A stretch of DNA of 64,000 nucleotides. It comes from Haliotis rubra. Taxonomy: Eukaryota. Both the position numbers and the translations under genes were made by a program. A model generated the notes under the pieces. That model was not told the DNA's origin. It saw nothing but the letters and a program-made list of their open reading frames with translations, and made no database searches. Of this stretch, positions 23,595 through 34,684 are shown piece by piece. Each line of letters begins with the position of its first letter. Within the stretch, counting starts at the first letter, position 1. The stretch lies in NCBI RefSeq assembly GCF_003918875.1, contig NW_025766966.1, forward strand, positions 310,001 to 374,000, given 5' to 3'.

Positions 23595-24005
23595 ATGTTT
23601 TTATAAGGGAGATAGAACAAAGCTTAACAACAAATAATAGTATTAGTCGAGACAAGGGAGATAACTCAGAGCATCCCTCTGCATGTCTTGTGAACACTTA
23701 AACTGTATTCAGCCCTGATAAAAAAATCTGTGCATAGCTCTCCCTAAAGGATTTTCAAACAAGTGGCCTATTGTCTTGAACAAATTAACGGTTTGAGAAC
23801 ATAAAATGGAACTTTTGAAATTGAGAGCACGGTAACTGCTACAAAGTATTCATGTATCTATCATTGTCTATTGGCACTAAGTCTTGTTATAGTATATGTT
23901 TGTTAATTAATAAAACACACATGCAGAGCAAACAGCAGTTATTCTTTAGACTCCGTTGTTTTTCATTGATGGGATAAATCAAAGTCTGGTCAGCCCAGAG
24001 TCAGT

Positions 24006-24157
24006 ACACTGTCTCAGCGAGGTATCCATGTTACACTGTGTCTCAGCAAGGTATCCACGTTACACTGCATCTCAGCGAGGTATCCATGTTACACTGTGTC
24101 TCAGCAAGGTATCCATGTTACACTGCGTCTCAGCGAGGTATCCATGTTACACTGTGT
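24006..24157. repeat. 29-bp minisatellite, ~5 copies
   Basis: ACACTGYRTCTCAGCRAGGTATCCAYGTT repeated. Confidence 0.92.
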
Positions 24158-25146
24158 CATGGTATTTCATGAGGCAAGCAAGCAGTTTAAAAAACACACG
24201 CACACACACACCAGTATTCATGTTGCTATATTAGGTAAATAATCTGAAAATAACATTAAAGCCCATTTTACCTCTCCAGAAACAGTGAAACCAAATAAGT
24301 ATCACTAAGTGTGTAGAGACGGTTCTACCTTTGTATGAATAGAAGTACCATGTTTTCACACCTGAATGACTGAGAGGTGTCCATAGAAAAGGTTTCCAGA
24401 CTGACAGGGTCTGGGTTAACACAGTTTTATAAAATTTGTGCAATGTTTTTATGTCCTCAGCATACAGAGAGTTAGCAATACAGTATCTGAGGTTTATATA
24501 AATGAGCTGTCATTCTAATTCACCACATACTTCCTGTGAAAATGCTGTTAGGAGGTACAAATTCCACTCAAAAAGAAGTTACTGTTAGAAGAGATTTGCA
24601 GAGGCAAAATAGTAAATTACAATAGTTGTTGTAATACTGTTGTTAATATTTATCACATGCGCAAGTGACATTTGCTGTTAGTTATTCCATCATGTTCTAT
24701 GATTTCTCTTTTTGTCAACGAACATTATTGTTATATTATTATTTTTTCCCGACATTATACCTTTAATGTGTGTGTCACCAAGGGGGGTAACTCCAAGGTT
24801 TTTGTTGCGCGTTGATATTAATGTCCTAATCATGGGTTACTTCCCTTTGACCGTATGTGAAATTTTTCTACATGTAATTATTTATGGGACGCTTCAATTA
24901 TCTAATGCATCATATGTGAGTTTGTGAGCGGTCAAGCTGAAATAAGCCCGCAAATGGCAACAGGGGCCTTTCTATAATTAATTCATCTAGTAGATTAAGT
25001 AGGTGGTATGTACGGGTTATGGCTAAACGGTCTCAAGCGAACAAAATGTTGAGTGACGTGGTTTAATGCGTAATTTTCGATTTCTTCATATTCGCCGTAT
25101 GTCTTTTAATCGGACGTGTTCGCTATGTTGAAGACATTATCTCCAG

Positions 25147-25483
25147 GTTAGAGCGTCCGCCCGGAGAGCGGAAGGTCGCGGGTTCGATCCCCGACCGCGT
25201 CAAACCAAAAGACGTTAAAATATGGTACTTGTTGGTCCCTGCCTGGCGCTCGGCATTAATGGGTACAACAAGGACTGGTCGGCTCGGAGTCAGTATAATG
25301 TGTCTGAGTGGGGTATTCACGCTTCACTGCGGCATGGTATCTCAGTGGGCTAGAACTATAAAACCAGCTTAAGTCTGGGCTAGTACAAGCAGCCGCACAT
25401 ACACATACACACGCATGCACGTCGTCATATGAGCGAAATATTCTCAAGCACGACGTAAAACCCAATTTCACCTCACCTCACCT
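25147..25483 (+). mobile_element. SINE family C (tRNA head + Meta-like domain + (CA)n + LINE tail)
   Basis: B-box GGTTCGATCCC; GTCAAACCAAAAGACGTTAAAATATGGTACTTG...GGCATTAA resembles the MetaSINE central domain; tail CACGACGTAAAACCC-(TCACC)n; TSD TTATCTCCAG. Confidence 0.9.
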
Positions 25484-26084
25484 TTATCTCCAGCACACGT
25501 TCGGACAAACGGTACATATACGGGTGGCTAAATGGTCTAGGGGCAACCGACCTACTTGCACGTTTCCATTTACCTGTTTTGTTCTGACCGTGCGTGAAGC
25601 GATCTGTTCAGCTACACCGTTCTCGATCGTGCCACATTTTCAGGATTTCGTTGGCGTGGAAAGAAGTGATACCTAATGCCGACTGGCAAGTTGCAACATT
25701 TCACACGTCTCGAGAACAGTCTGATGCTGTGAGCGGGCGATATTGCAGCTCAGCAACGCTAACAGCATGGAAACGATGTATCCCCAGCTTGCCCGTCCGG
25801 ACCCTATCAAAGTGGGGACAAATTTAGCCTGTCGCAAGTCCTAGTAACTTAGACTGAAAACTGACAGTTCGGTCGATGTTTGTTAACTCTGTCAACTTTA
25901 ACGGAGAGTGAGTGAGTTAAAAGTTACCATCGCATCAACATTGTTCCAACCATGTACACGTTTATTCGTTAGAGGTTTAAACGTGTAGGCTCATCGTAAA
26001 TTATATGCAAATGTACATTTAACATTTTGATGGAGAAATGATTTGAAGTATTATCATAAGTGAAGTCTGGGCCCGGCTGGTCGT

Positions 26085-26278
26085 AGGCGGATCCAGCTGG
26101 TCGTAGGGGTACGCATCCCCTTTTGTCCTGAAAATGTATTAGATGACCATTGAAACTCTCGTGAAAACGGGTGAAAATGAACTGTGCACCACTACCCCCT
26201 TTCTGAACTGAGTGCGCGCGCGCACGCACGCACGCACACACACAAACACACACTTCTTAAAAAGCTGTATCCGCCTTT
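26085..26278. mobile_element. MITE with AGGCGGATCCAG / CTGTATCCGCCT ends (hAT-like)
   Basis: Inverted termini; a related copy lies at 31593-31784. Confidence 0.65.
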
Positions 26279-26484
26279 GCTGGTATTGTTAAAACCGAAA
26301 TCAAATATCAAGTCAAATCGAAATCTATCAATAAGTGTACATATGTCTTCAGTATACATCAACGATTGTCCTTTATAATGGTGTCTATGGACATACCCAT
26401 GTTGAAGACAACTCTTTATTATAAACTGTTTCCTATGTAGAACGCATACACCTGGACAAAAGTTAAGCGTCGACTGCCCCCACA

Positions 26485-26612
26485 TGTCATGTTTTCCCAG
26501 TTGTGTAAATCGATGCTCGTGCTGTTGATCACAGGATTGTCCAGGGTCGTTTCTTTTACAGAGTGCCGCCATATAGCTGGAATATTACTGAGTGCGGCGT
26601 TAAACAAACAAA
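26485..26612 (+). mobile_element. 5'-truncated SINE family B copy
   Basis: ATCGATGCTCGTGCTGTTGATCACAGGATTGTCC...GCCATATAGCTGGAATATTACTGAGTGCGGCGTTAAAC. Confidence 0.8.
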
Positions 26613-28245
26613 AAAAAGTCTGTTTTATAGAGCTGTTGCCCAGGACCCCGAGTGCGTAATACTAAAATACATTAAAAGATGGTAGTTGTTATATTTTGGT
26701 TACATCGGAAATAATTCATCAATTATAATATTCAAGTATTAAACAGAGATGCGCGGTTGGAGGCGCCGTAAAATACCGTTGACTCACAGACATCACCTCC
26801 AGTAAAAAGAAATGAGAAAAAATAATCCAGTTCAAAGGCAAAACTAAAATTAGGAATATTACCTTCAACAAATGAGTTCGTTTCAGGTTAATCCATAGGC
26901 GACTCATTTGGCTTTGATGTTTATGTATGAGCCGACATTGAAAAACTCATTCCAAATTTTCTTTTACTTTGATGCATCAGTTTCTCGTATGTTGCGAAAA
27001 ATTCAGCTTAACAATTCAACAGTGTCAAAGACAAATTTTTGTCAGTTTAAGTAAAAAATCTTGTTTACAGTCATTGTGCTGACTGTTTCTTTTTTAATTC
27101 ACAGTTAGCCTTTACATGACATTGCACAAATAGAAGATAGGGTTTTATAATAAAAAGAAATGTGCATGTAAACGAAATATTATCATCTTTTAATTACATT
27201 TCATCATGTGATGTTCTCATCACAACGTAAAAAACATTTGGAAAGAGTTGAGCCACACTAAAGGTCTGTTATATGCGTGTGATGTAATTGATCAAGTATT
27301 GTAGCCGAGTAACATCATACTGTTATGAGCAAGAACACTTTAAAATGAACTTTAAAAGTATTTCAATGAAATGAAAGAATTTAAGTATATCATTGTGAAC
27401 TGAAATTATAACTATTGATGGACTACCCGTTAAGAAATCAAAAGAGATGCGTCTACCTAATTAACGGAACCGTGTTTAACCAGTCATATTGGAAGAATAT
27501 TTAGACGGAATTCAAACTGATTAAACACCTTCGCTGAGTCATCTCGGAAAGAAACAGGATCGCCATTGACAGTGCCATAATTTAGCTACATAATTGTCTC
27601 GGTTCTCGCGTTCTTCAACACAGAAATACACCAGACTTTAAATCGACTTGCGGAATGGCCACTGCGATTAAGTCTTCGTTCACGCGGGGGTCGGTGGGAT
27701 TGACGTCTTGCAGGAAGCCGCCGTGAGACAAAAACAAACCTTGCTTAATTGTATACCAGGCTAAACATCCATTCCAGTCTGAAGTCATTTTGCTGACTTT
27801 GGTGGATTATCCTGATAAATTAATGTGTCTTCGTTTCTCAGTTTCTGAAACTTTGAGGTGAACAACGTGGATCAACAACGGACATGTCCTTGTGAGGCTG
27901 TTGACGTGTACTGTCAAAGTACGTGACTGTGATCAAGTATATCAATATATCAATATCTGTATCAAGTATATGTCCTATATATCAACCAGAACTCAAAGTT
28001 TGAGGAGAAGATAAACTCGACAACCACAAGTACAAACTGGTCATGAACGTGTTCCGCAAGGATGTTACCAAATATATGGATGTCAATTGCTGTAGAAATA
28101 CATACTATCGACATCCGTTTATGAAAAATACCATGCCCGTTTCCTTTTCTTGAGTATATAAACCGAGTATATTAATCCTCCTCCTTGTCTCCAAATGAAA
28201 GAAGATAGCAAAGTTTGTGAATCAGCAATACCATCTATATAAAAC

Positions 28246-28585
28246 TACAGCCTGTATGTGTATGTTACAGAGTTTGGGCCAGACCCTGCCAGTGGTGGGC
28301 GACAATACACGCCGTGAGCACTACTCTCTAAATACCAGTACAGCCTGTATGTGTATGTTACCGAGTCTGGGCCAGACCCTGCCGTTGGTGGGCGACAATA
28401 CACGCCGTTAGCACTACTCACTATACACCACTACAGCCAATATGTTAGTCTGTCCCAGTATGTGTATGTTACCGAGTCTGGGCCAGACCCTGCCAGTGGT
28501 GGGCGACGATACACGCCTTCAGCACTACTCACTATACACCACTACAGCCAGTATGTGTATGTTACCGAGTTTGGGACAGACCTGC
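28246..28585. repeat. 93-bp tandem repeat, ~3.5 copies
   Basis: TACAGCC..TATGTGTATGTTACCGAGTCTGGGCCAGACCCTGCC..GGGCGACRATACACGCC recurs at 28246, 28339, 28432, 28543. Confidence 0.88.
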
Positions 28586-29362
28586 GCGGGGGACGATGCA
28601 CGCCGTCGGGAAGACACACGATCAACAAGGTCACGCATTGTAACCACCAGATCACCTATTTGGTCGCTCTTTTGGACAACCACAAATGGGGAACTCCAGA
28701 CCTACTCTGTCCCAGGATCGACTTGGGAGACCAGCGTTAGGGCACCCATTCTAGCAAAGAATATATATGGAAAGACAGGCATGGGGCGCGTATACTGTCC
28801 TGGAATTTGCATGGGGAGACAAGTATGAGGTACTTGGGATGGGAGACGCGTGAGTTGAGGTGCTTCTCTGTTATAGAATATATCTTCCTTCGATTCCACA
28901 CTGGAGACAGGTAGTGGGGAACTTTCTTCCCATGATTTCACACAGGAGACGAGCATTGGGTAGTGGGGACCAGTACTTTCCTGCATTGGGTGTTGGGTAA
29001 CTTTCTTCCATTGCTTCCACATGGGAGACCATGCATGACGTTAACGGAGCGAGGATAACGTAACTTCTCTATGAACGGACAGCTATAGGAACATGATGGA
29101 ATACATAGGACAACTTGAATCAAGACGTTCAAGGAACCAAATACATTCAACACGTGAGGTCGTGATAGTTATGACTCTCGATTACATACAAACAGAAATT
29201 TATGATAAGTCAATCACTAAGAGAAATATCTGGCATATTCATCCCCAGCCCAACGATCTGTCACATACCAACCACGCCATTCGTGTTCTTCTCGAACAAT
29301 GTGTACAACAACAGGTACAAGTAATGTCGTTCCTTCTACACATATGCACATGGGTATTAATT

Positions 29363-29491
29363 GAGTGAGTTTAGTTTTACGCCGTGTTTAGCAATATTCC
29401 GGCAATATGGCCGGGGACACCAGAAATGGGCTTCACATATTGTACCCTTGTGGGGATTCGAACATTTATCTTCGGCGTGACGAGCGAACGC
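29363..29491 (-). mobile_element. SINE family A copy, 5'-truncated
   Basis: Reverse-complement consensus match. Confidence 0.88.
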
Positions 29492-29626
29492 TACTATGTG
29501 TACAGCTAATTGCGGCGCCTTCGTTGACTCAGGGATACCTACGTTGTGAATATTCGTTAACATTCAGCGTTTTCAGTATTAACGTAGGAACACTGGAGGT
29601 GACGACAATGGGCCTCTGCACGTACA

Positions 29627-29686
29627 CCGCCGTGATGTTGCTGGAATATTGCTAAAAGCGGCGTAAAACCAAACTCAGTCAGTCAG
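29627..29686 (+). mobile_element. 60-bp 5'-truncated SINE A tail with perfect TSD
   Basis: CCGCCGTGATGTTGCTGGAATATTGCTAAAAGCGGCGTAAAACC..(CAGT)n flanked by TCTGCACGTACA at 29615-29626 and 29687-29698. Confidence 0.9.
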
Positions 29687-30329
29687 TCTGCACGTACAAC
29701 ATTTTCCCCATTTACCACATATCGCACAGAAAGTTGATGGTTCGGAGAAAGCTTGAACCTTGTGCTAAAATTGCGCGTGTGTATTTCTTGTTAGGTATTT
29801 TCAGTTCTGCACGTGCATGGAGAGAGGCTGCATTATGTAAGGGTTGCGTTAACATTTCTCCTGGGATTGGTTTTCACTTTGGTATTTGGTTTGGGGTAAT
29901 GAAACATATTTAGTAACACCATTGATGGCATGTGTTGCCGATTTAACCAACCAACATTTCGAAACCGACTCGTTCAGTCACATCATATATATGCTAAGGT
30001 CACTTTAGCGCCGCCCTGTGACAGTATGTATATAAATAGACTGAAAACATAGATTCGAAAATTGATTTTAATTTTTGTCTACAGTTAATTAATGTTTAGT
30101 AGTTGATAAAAGAAGGTAAAATATAGAGGTAGGTCTGTTTTACGACGAACATACAGACATTTGTGAAATTTAGTGCGGGAAAATAAATCTTGAATTAATT
30201 CTGCAGCACCAACCTCCATTCTTGAGGACCAGAGTATTTCCTCTATACTGCGCTGGGAGTAAAGACGAGACTGTATAGAGGCACTGGATCTCTTTGATTT
30301 GACTGTACTCAGCAATATCATGAGAATCG

Positions 30330-30647
30330 TTCTACGCTACTGGGATACGATGACGTGTGGGTAAACCAAGTCCGCGAACCTGGCCAGTGACCACCCGATC
30401 CCGTTAGTCGCCTTTACGACAAGCGGGCGGTGAGGTAGCCTAGTGGTTAAACCGTTGGCTCGTCACGCCGAAGATCCGGGTCCGATTCTCCACATGGGTC
30501 CAATATGTGAAGCCCATTGATGGTGTCCCCCGCCGTGATATTGCTGGAATATTGCTAAAGCGGCGTAAAACCATACTCACTCACTCACTCACTCTTACGG
30601 CAAACATGGGTTACTGAAGACCAAGTCTAACCGGATCTTCACGGGTT
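30330..30647 (-). mobile_element. SINE family B copy interrupted by a family A insertion (30425-30592, + strand)
   Basis: B sequence resumes after A; duplicated target TTACGACAAGC / TTACGGCAAAC. Confidence 0.9.
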
Positions 30648-31592
30648 ATTTAAGAACTGAACTGAAATGTTTGAAAATTGTTTTCAAAGTTAACTATGTT
30701 TCTATGAATGAGAACCAGCCTTCACCGAATGCCTTTAAATCTGAATGTACACTTTGAGCCATACCTTTACAGGTGATCATGTCATAACTATTCATACTTC
30801 TGCACGTGTGATAATTTTTATTCCAATCTTTTGAAGTTTAAAGCTATTATGAAACTTCACACTCCTAAACGGCCATTAAAAGACCCCCTATCCCGCTTAG
30901 TCCTTTATGATTGAAAGGAGGAGTAATATATTTAGAGGTGAACCAGTGCTTCTATACACCCTAGCCTATGATTGACATATCGTGGTAGGTTTTTCGTAGT
31001 TCGTTTCCATCAAACCCACACCAAATTTGCGCAAAACCATCACTCATTTTAACTAGTTCAGAGAGACACCTACATCATTAAGACACTAACTTGCAAGGAA
31101 TCCATAGTTCGTAAATCAACCATTCCTAATTTTGTTACATTGTTTGGCGAGCCCGTGCAAGCGCCAAAACCAGAAAAAGGAAGGCGAAAAGGTGCGTCGT
31201 TCATTAATATAATTTGATTGTTCTTTGAATTTTGTGATTACATCTTTCCTCTTAGATCCCAAACCTGTCTCAAAATAATTGTCTTTGAACTTCACGATAA
31301 AATGAAAAGTTGTAAATTTGGCGAAAGAGGGCTTCCATGATCGGTAGTGCCTGATGCAAAGATGGTCGATGGAACCGTTCATGTCGTCCGTTTTGCGTGC
31401 GTCCTATTTTTCCCAGACACTTAACCTATCTTGTACAGTATTGTATTATTGTATGTCATTCTTTGGTATTGCAATCCAAGTACATAAAGTTGATCCATTG
31501 CTTGGTAAGTGAGCGGCAAAGTGGAAGGCCAGATTGACCACGTGTGCCAAGGTTGTGACTCCGCTAATGGCCTGGATAGAATGTTGATATGT

Positions 31593-31784
31593 CATAGGCG
31601 GATCCAGAGGGTGTGTGTGTGAGTGGGGTGGGGTTGGGTGTGGGTGTGTGTCACCCCATTTGTCCTGAGAAAGGTTATTAACTGACCTTTGAAACTCTCC
31701 TGAAAACAGGTCTAAATGAAGTGAGCACCCCCACTTTCTCAAAAGAGTGCACCCTCCTTTCTCAAAAAACTGTATCTGCCCCTG
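31593..31784. mobile_element. MITE with CATAGGCGGATCCAG / CTGTATCTGCCCCTG ends
   Basis: Inverted termini related to 26085-26278. Confidence 0.65.
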
Positions 31785-32350
31785 TATGTTACCCTACCCT
31801 ATGCTACCCTAACATAGAATTCCCAAAATAAAGTTATGTATAACATAGAATGAAATAATTATTGTAAAAGATTTGTGAATGTTAGTAGGCCTCAATATGC
31901 CTGAGTGTATTTGATATGTATTGTGGGTGTGTAAGAGAGACTAGTCACTAGCCTCCACTTGTCTGAAGCATGATTCTAAATAATTTGATCTTCAACTGCT
32001 GGATGGCGAATTATCAATTTGGAGTAAACTTGATCAAAACTTTAAGATGGATTTTATGGCTCTTAGTCAATGGAAATGGAGAAGTATGTACACACAAAGT
32101 TCTTGAAATCCCTTTTAACAAGAGCAAACCTGAAATAAACTGATCATTTGAGGCAGGGTAGATTAGCTTGCATCCCTGGATTCAGCCCTGTTTGATTCCC
32201 ACAAAGGTACATTGTATGACCCACAACTGGGGCCCTCTGACGGGATATTGATAGAAGAGGCGTAAAACTCCACTTACTCACTCTTAGAGGGGCTGAGAAT
32301 TGTATTAAAAGTTTTGTTTCTTGCACATGCTGGAAGTACATTAATTGTTC

Positions 32351-32493
32351 TAGCCTAGTGGTTAAAGCGTTTGTTCGTCATGCCACAGACCTGGATTTTA
32401 TTCCCCACATGGGTACAATGTGTGAAGCCCATTTCTGGTGTCTTCTGCTGTGATATTGCTGGAATATTGCTAAAAGCCGCGTAAAACCAAACT
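32351..32493 (+). mobile_element. SINE family A copy (CpG-decayed)
   Basis: Consensus with CpG>TpG/CpA changes; another decayed minus copy lies at ~32180-32283. Confidence 0.85.
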
Positions 32494-32724
32494 AATTAAC
32501 AAAATAATTATTGAAGCTGTGACCCCAAAATATCCAACAAGTATTTTCCTTGGTCATAAGGCACAAGAGAGGTGTAATTGGTTAGATTGGTGTGTGTTCT
32601 CCTGCCCTGTGTCTGCATTGTTAATAATTAGTGTACTGCTTGTTGGGATGTACATTACTCTTTCCTTCTACTTGACTGTGTGTGTGTCAGGCACCGGATG
32701 GGGCATTGTCAGTAGGAAATCTTT

Positions 32725-32969
32725 AGTGAGTGAGTGAGTTTAATTTTACGCTGCACTCATCTATATTCCAGCTATATAGCGGCGGTCTGTAAATAATCGA
32801 GTCTGGACCAGACAATCCAGTGATCAACAACATGAGCATCGATCTGCGCAATTGGGAACCGACATGTGTCAACCAAGTCAGCGAGCCTGACCACCCATCC
32901 CGTTAGTCGCCTCTTACGACAAGCATGGGTTACTGAAGGTCAATATTCTAACCCGGACCTTTACGTGTC
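32725..32969 (-). mobile_element. Best-preserved full-length SINE family B copy (~245 bp)
   Basis: TSD AGGAAATCTT (32714-32723, 32970-32979); (GAGT)n tail; no tRNA A/B boxes; structured 5' head. Confidence 0.93.
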
Positions 32970-34384
32970 AGGAAATCTTAAGATGCCCTGTGGCTTCATC
33001 TGTCATCAGTGTACATCAGCTGGATCAGAATGTTCTAGACACTATTAAAGATGTTAAGTAGCAGTTAAACATATGACATGAAAAGTAGAAAACAAATCTC
33101 CTATTTGCTGTCAAGGTAGAAAAGGGCAAGAAACCAGTTTCTAAGAAGAGCAAGACTGTTTTATCTTTAGCATCATTTAAATCAGGCTCAAAATGAAGCT
33201 ATGATAAGATTTGTAAAACATCCTTTTCTGGGAAGTGGAGTCAACAGGCTTATTTTTCTATTTAGAATGCTAGCACCGTGACTGTTGTTAGTCCCTGTGA
33301 AAGCATGGGAGTTATGATCACTTTTTGTCTTGCCACCAACATGTCTTCATCCTCACAGGTAATACCCAAACTGGAACTGGAGCATTTCTGTGATTTCATG
33401 ATAAAAGGATGTAAAGATGCAAATGGATTATCATCTAAATCCGTGTCCATTTTAGTCCTGGCCGAAGACAAAAGCCATTAACTGCCATTAGCCGAAGACT
33501 GTCAACAATTCTATTCCCTTCAGTGCGGTCATTTCTTTGATCAAAATTTTATTCCCCAAAGTATATAGCATTTTTATCACTTTATTTGACTTGTTTCGCA
33601 GTCTTGAGTTTTTAAAGGACATTAAAAACTAATTCAATTTAACCAGCCAAGTAAATCTGGTTTTAAAAGGATCAATCTTGATTTTGGCACAAGACAGAAC
33701 CATGAAGCTTGTGTCCGTGGCAACCAGATTACCTGCGACCTGCAGTAACGACTGTCTATTGGCATGGTCTGTCAGGTATGTGTCAGCCTGTCACCAAACT
33801 ACCCTTGAAATAGCTCACCAATTTCGACCTAGTGTCAGGAACTGCGAGATAACTTCATTACGATTGATTTCCTTATTGGGTAATAAGAACCGCCGCTTAT
33901 TTTGCCATGGCAATATGGAACAGAAACAACTTGAACAATTATGGTTGAGAAACGACAGTGGAAGGTCCTGCTTTGGGCTTTTGCAGCTTGTTTAGGAGAT
34001 TAGCTTGACAATAAAGTTAAATTAAAATGTTTTATAGTTCAGTTAAAGTGGACAGGTGATGTTAGTAATTTACTGTTTTCTTGTGCAGGGGCAATTTATA
34101 GTTCTGATGTGATTTTAGTTTGAACGAAACAATCTTTTCGACTTAACAAAAAAAATATTATTACAACAAACATGATCAAACTTGGAATGTGATAAATTGA
34201 GTGTTTTGTGTTAGAATGGTGTATCAGCAGTGGAGATTTACAAACAAGAAAAAAAGTTTTAAAGAGAAAAAGTTTTATTGCTTTGAGTTCAGAATGAAAT
34301 CTTCATGGTTTTCTAGATCCACAGTTCCACAGCGACCCAGTGCTTGCAGTATGAGCTGAATAAGCTGTTTATTCTTGTGAGTGA

Positions 34385-34684
34385 TTCACTCGTCACGCCG
34401 AAGACCCAGGTTCGATTCCCCACATGGGTACAATGTGTAAAGCCCATTTCTGGTGTACCCGTCCACGATATTGCTGGAACATTGCTAAAAACGGCGTAAA
34501 ACCATACTCACTCACTTACTTCTAGTGGTGGGGTAGCCTAGTGGTTGAAGCATTCACTCATCATGCCGAAGACCCGGGTTCGATTTCCCACATGGGTACA
34601 ATGTGTAAAGCCCATTTCTGGTGTACCCAGCCGTGATATTGCTGGAATGTTGGTAAAAGCGGCTTTTATACAATATTCACTCAC
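34385..34684 (+). mobile_element. Two tandem SINE family A copies (34385-34518, 34525-34684)
   Basis: Head-to-tail consensus matches. Confidence 0.9.

Noticed and set aside
32880-32969. Family B head as a canonical twister or HDV ribozyme
   Set aside because: UAA/GAAG resemble twister L1 but register and T1/T2 pairings fail; HDV-type P1 and L3 are missing. Kept only as an unclassified structure
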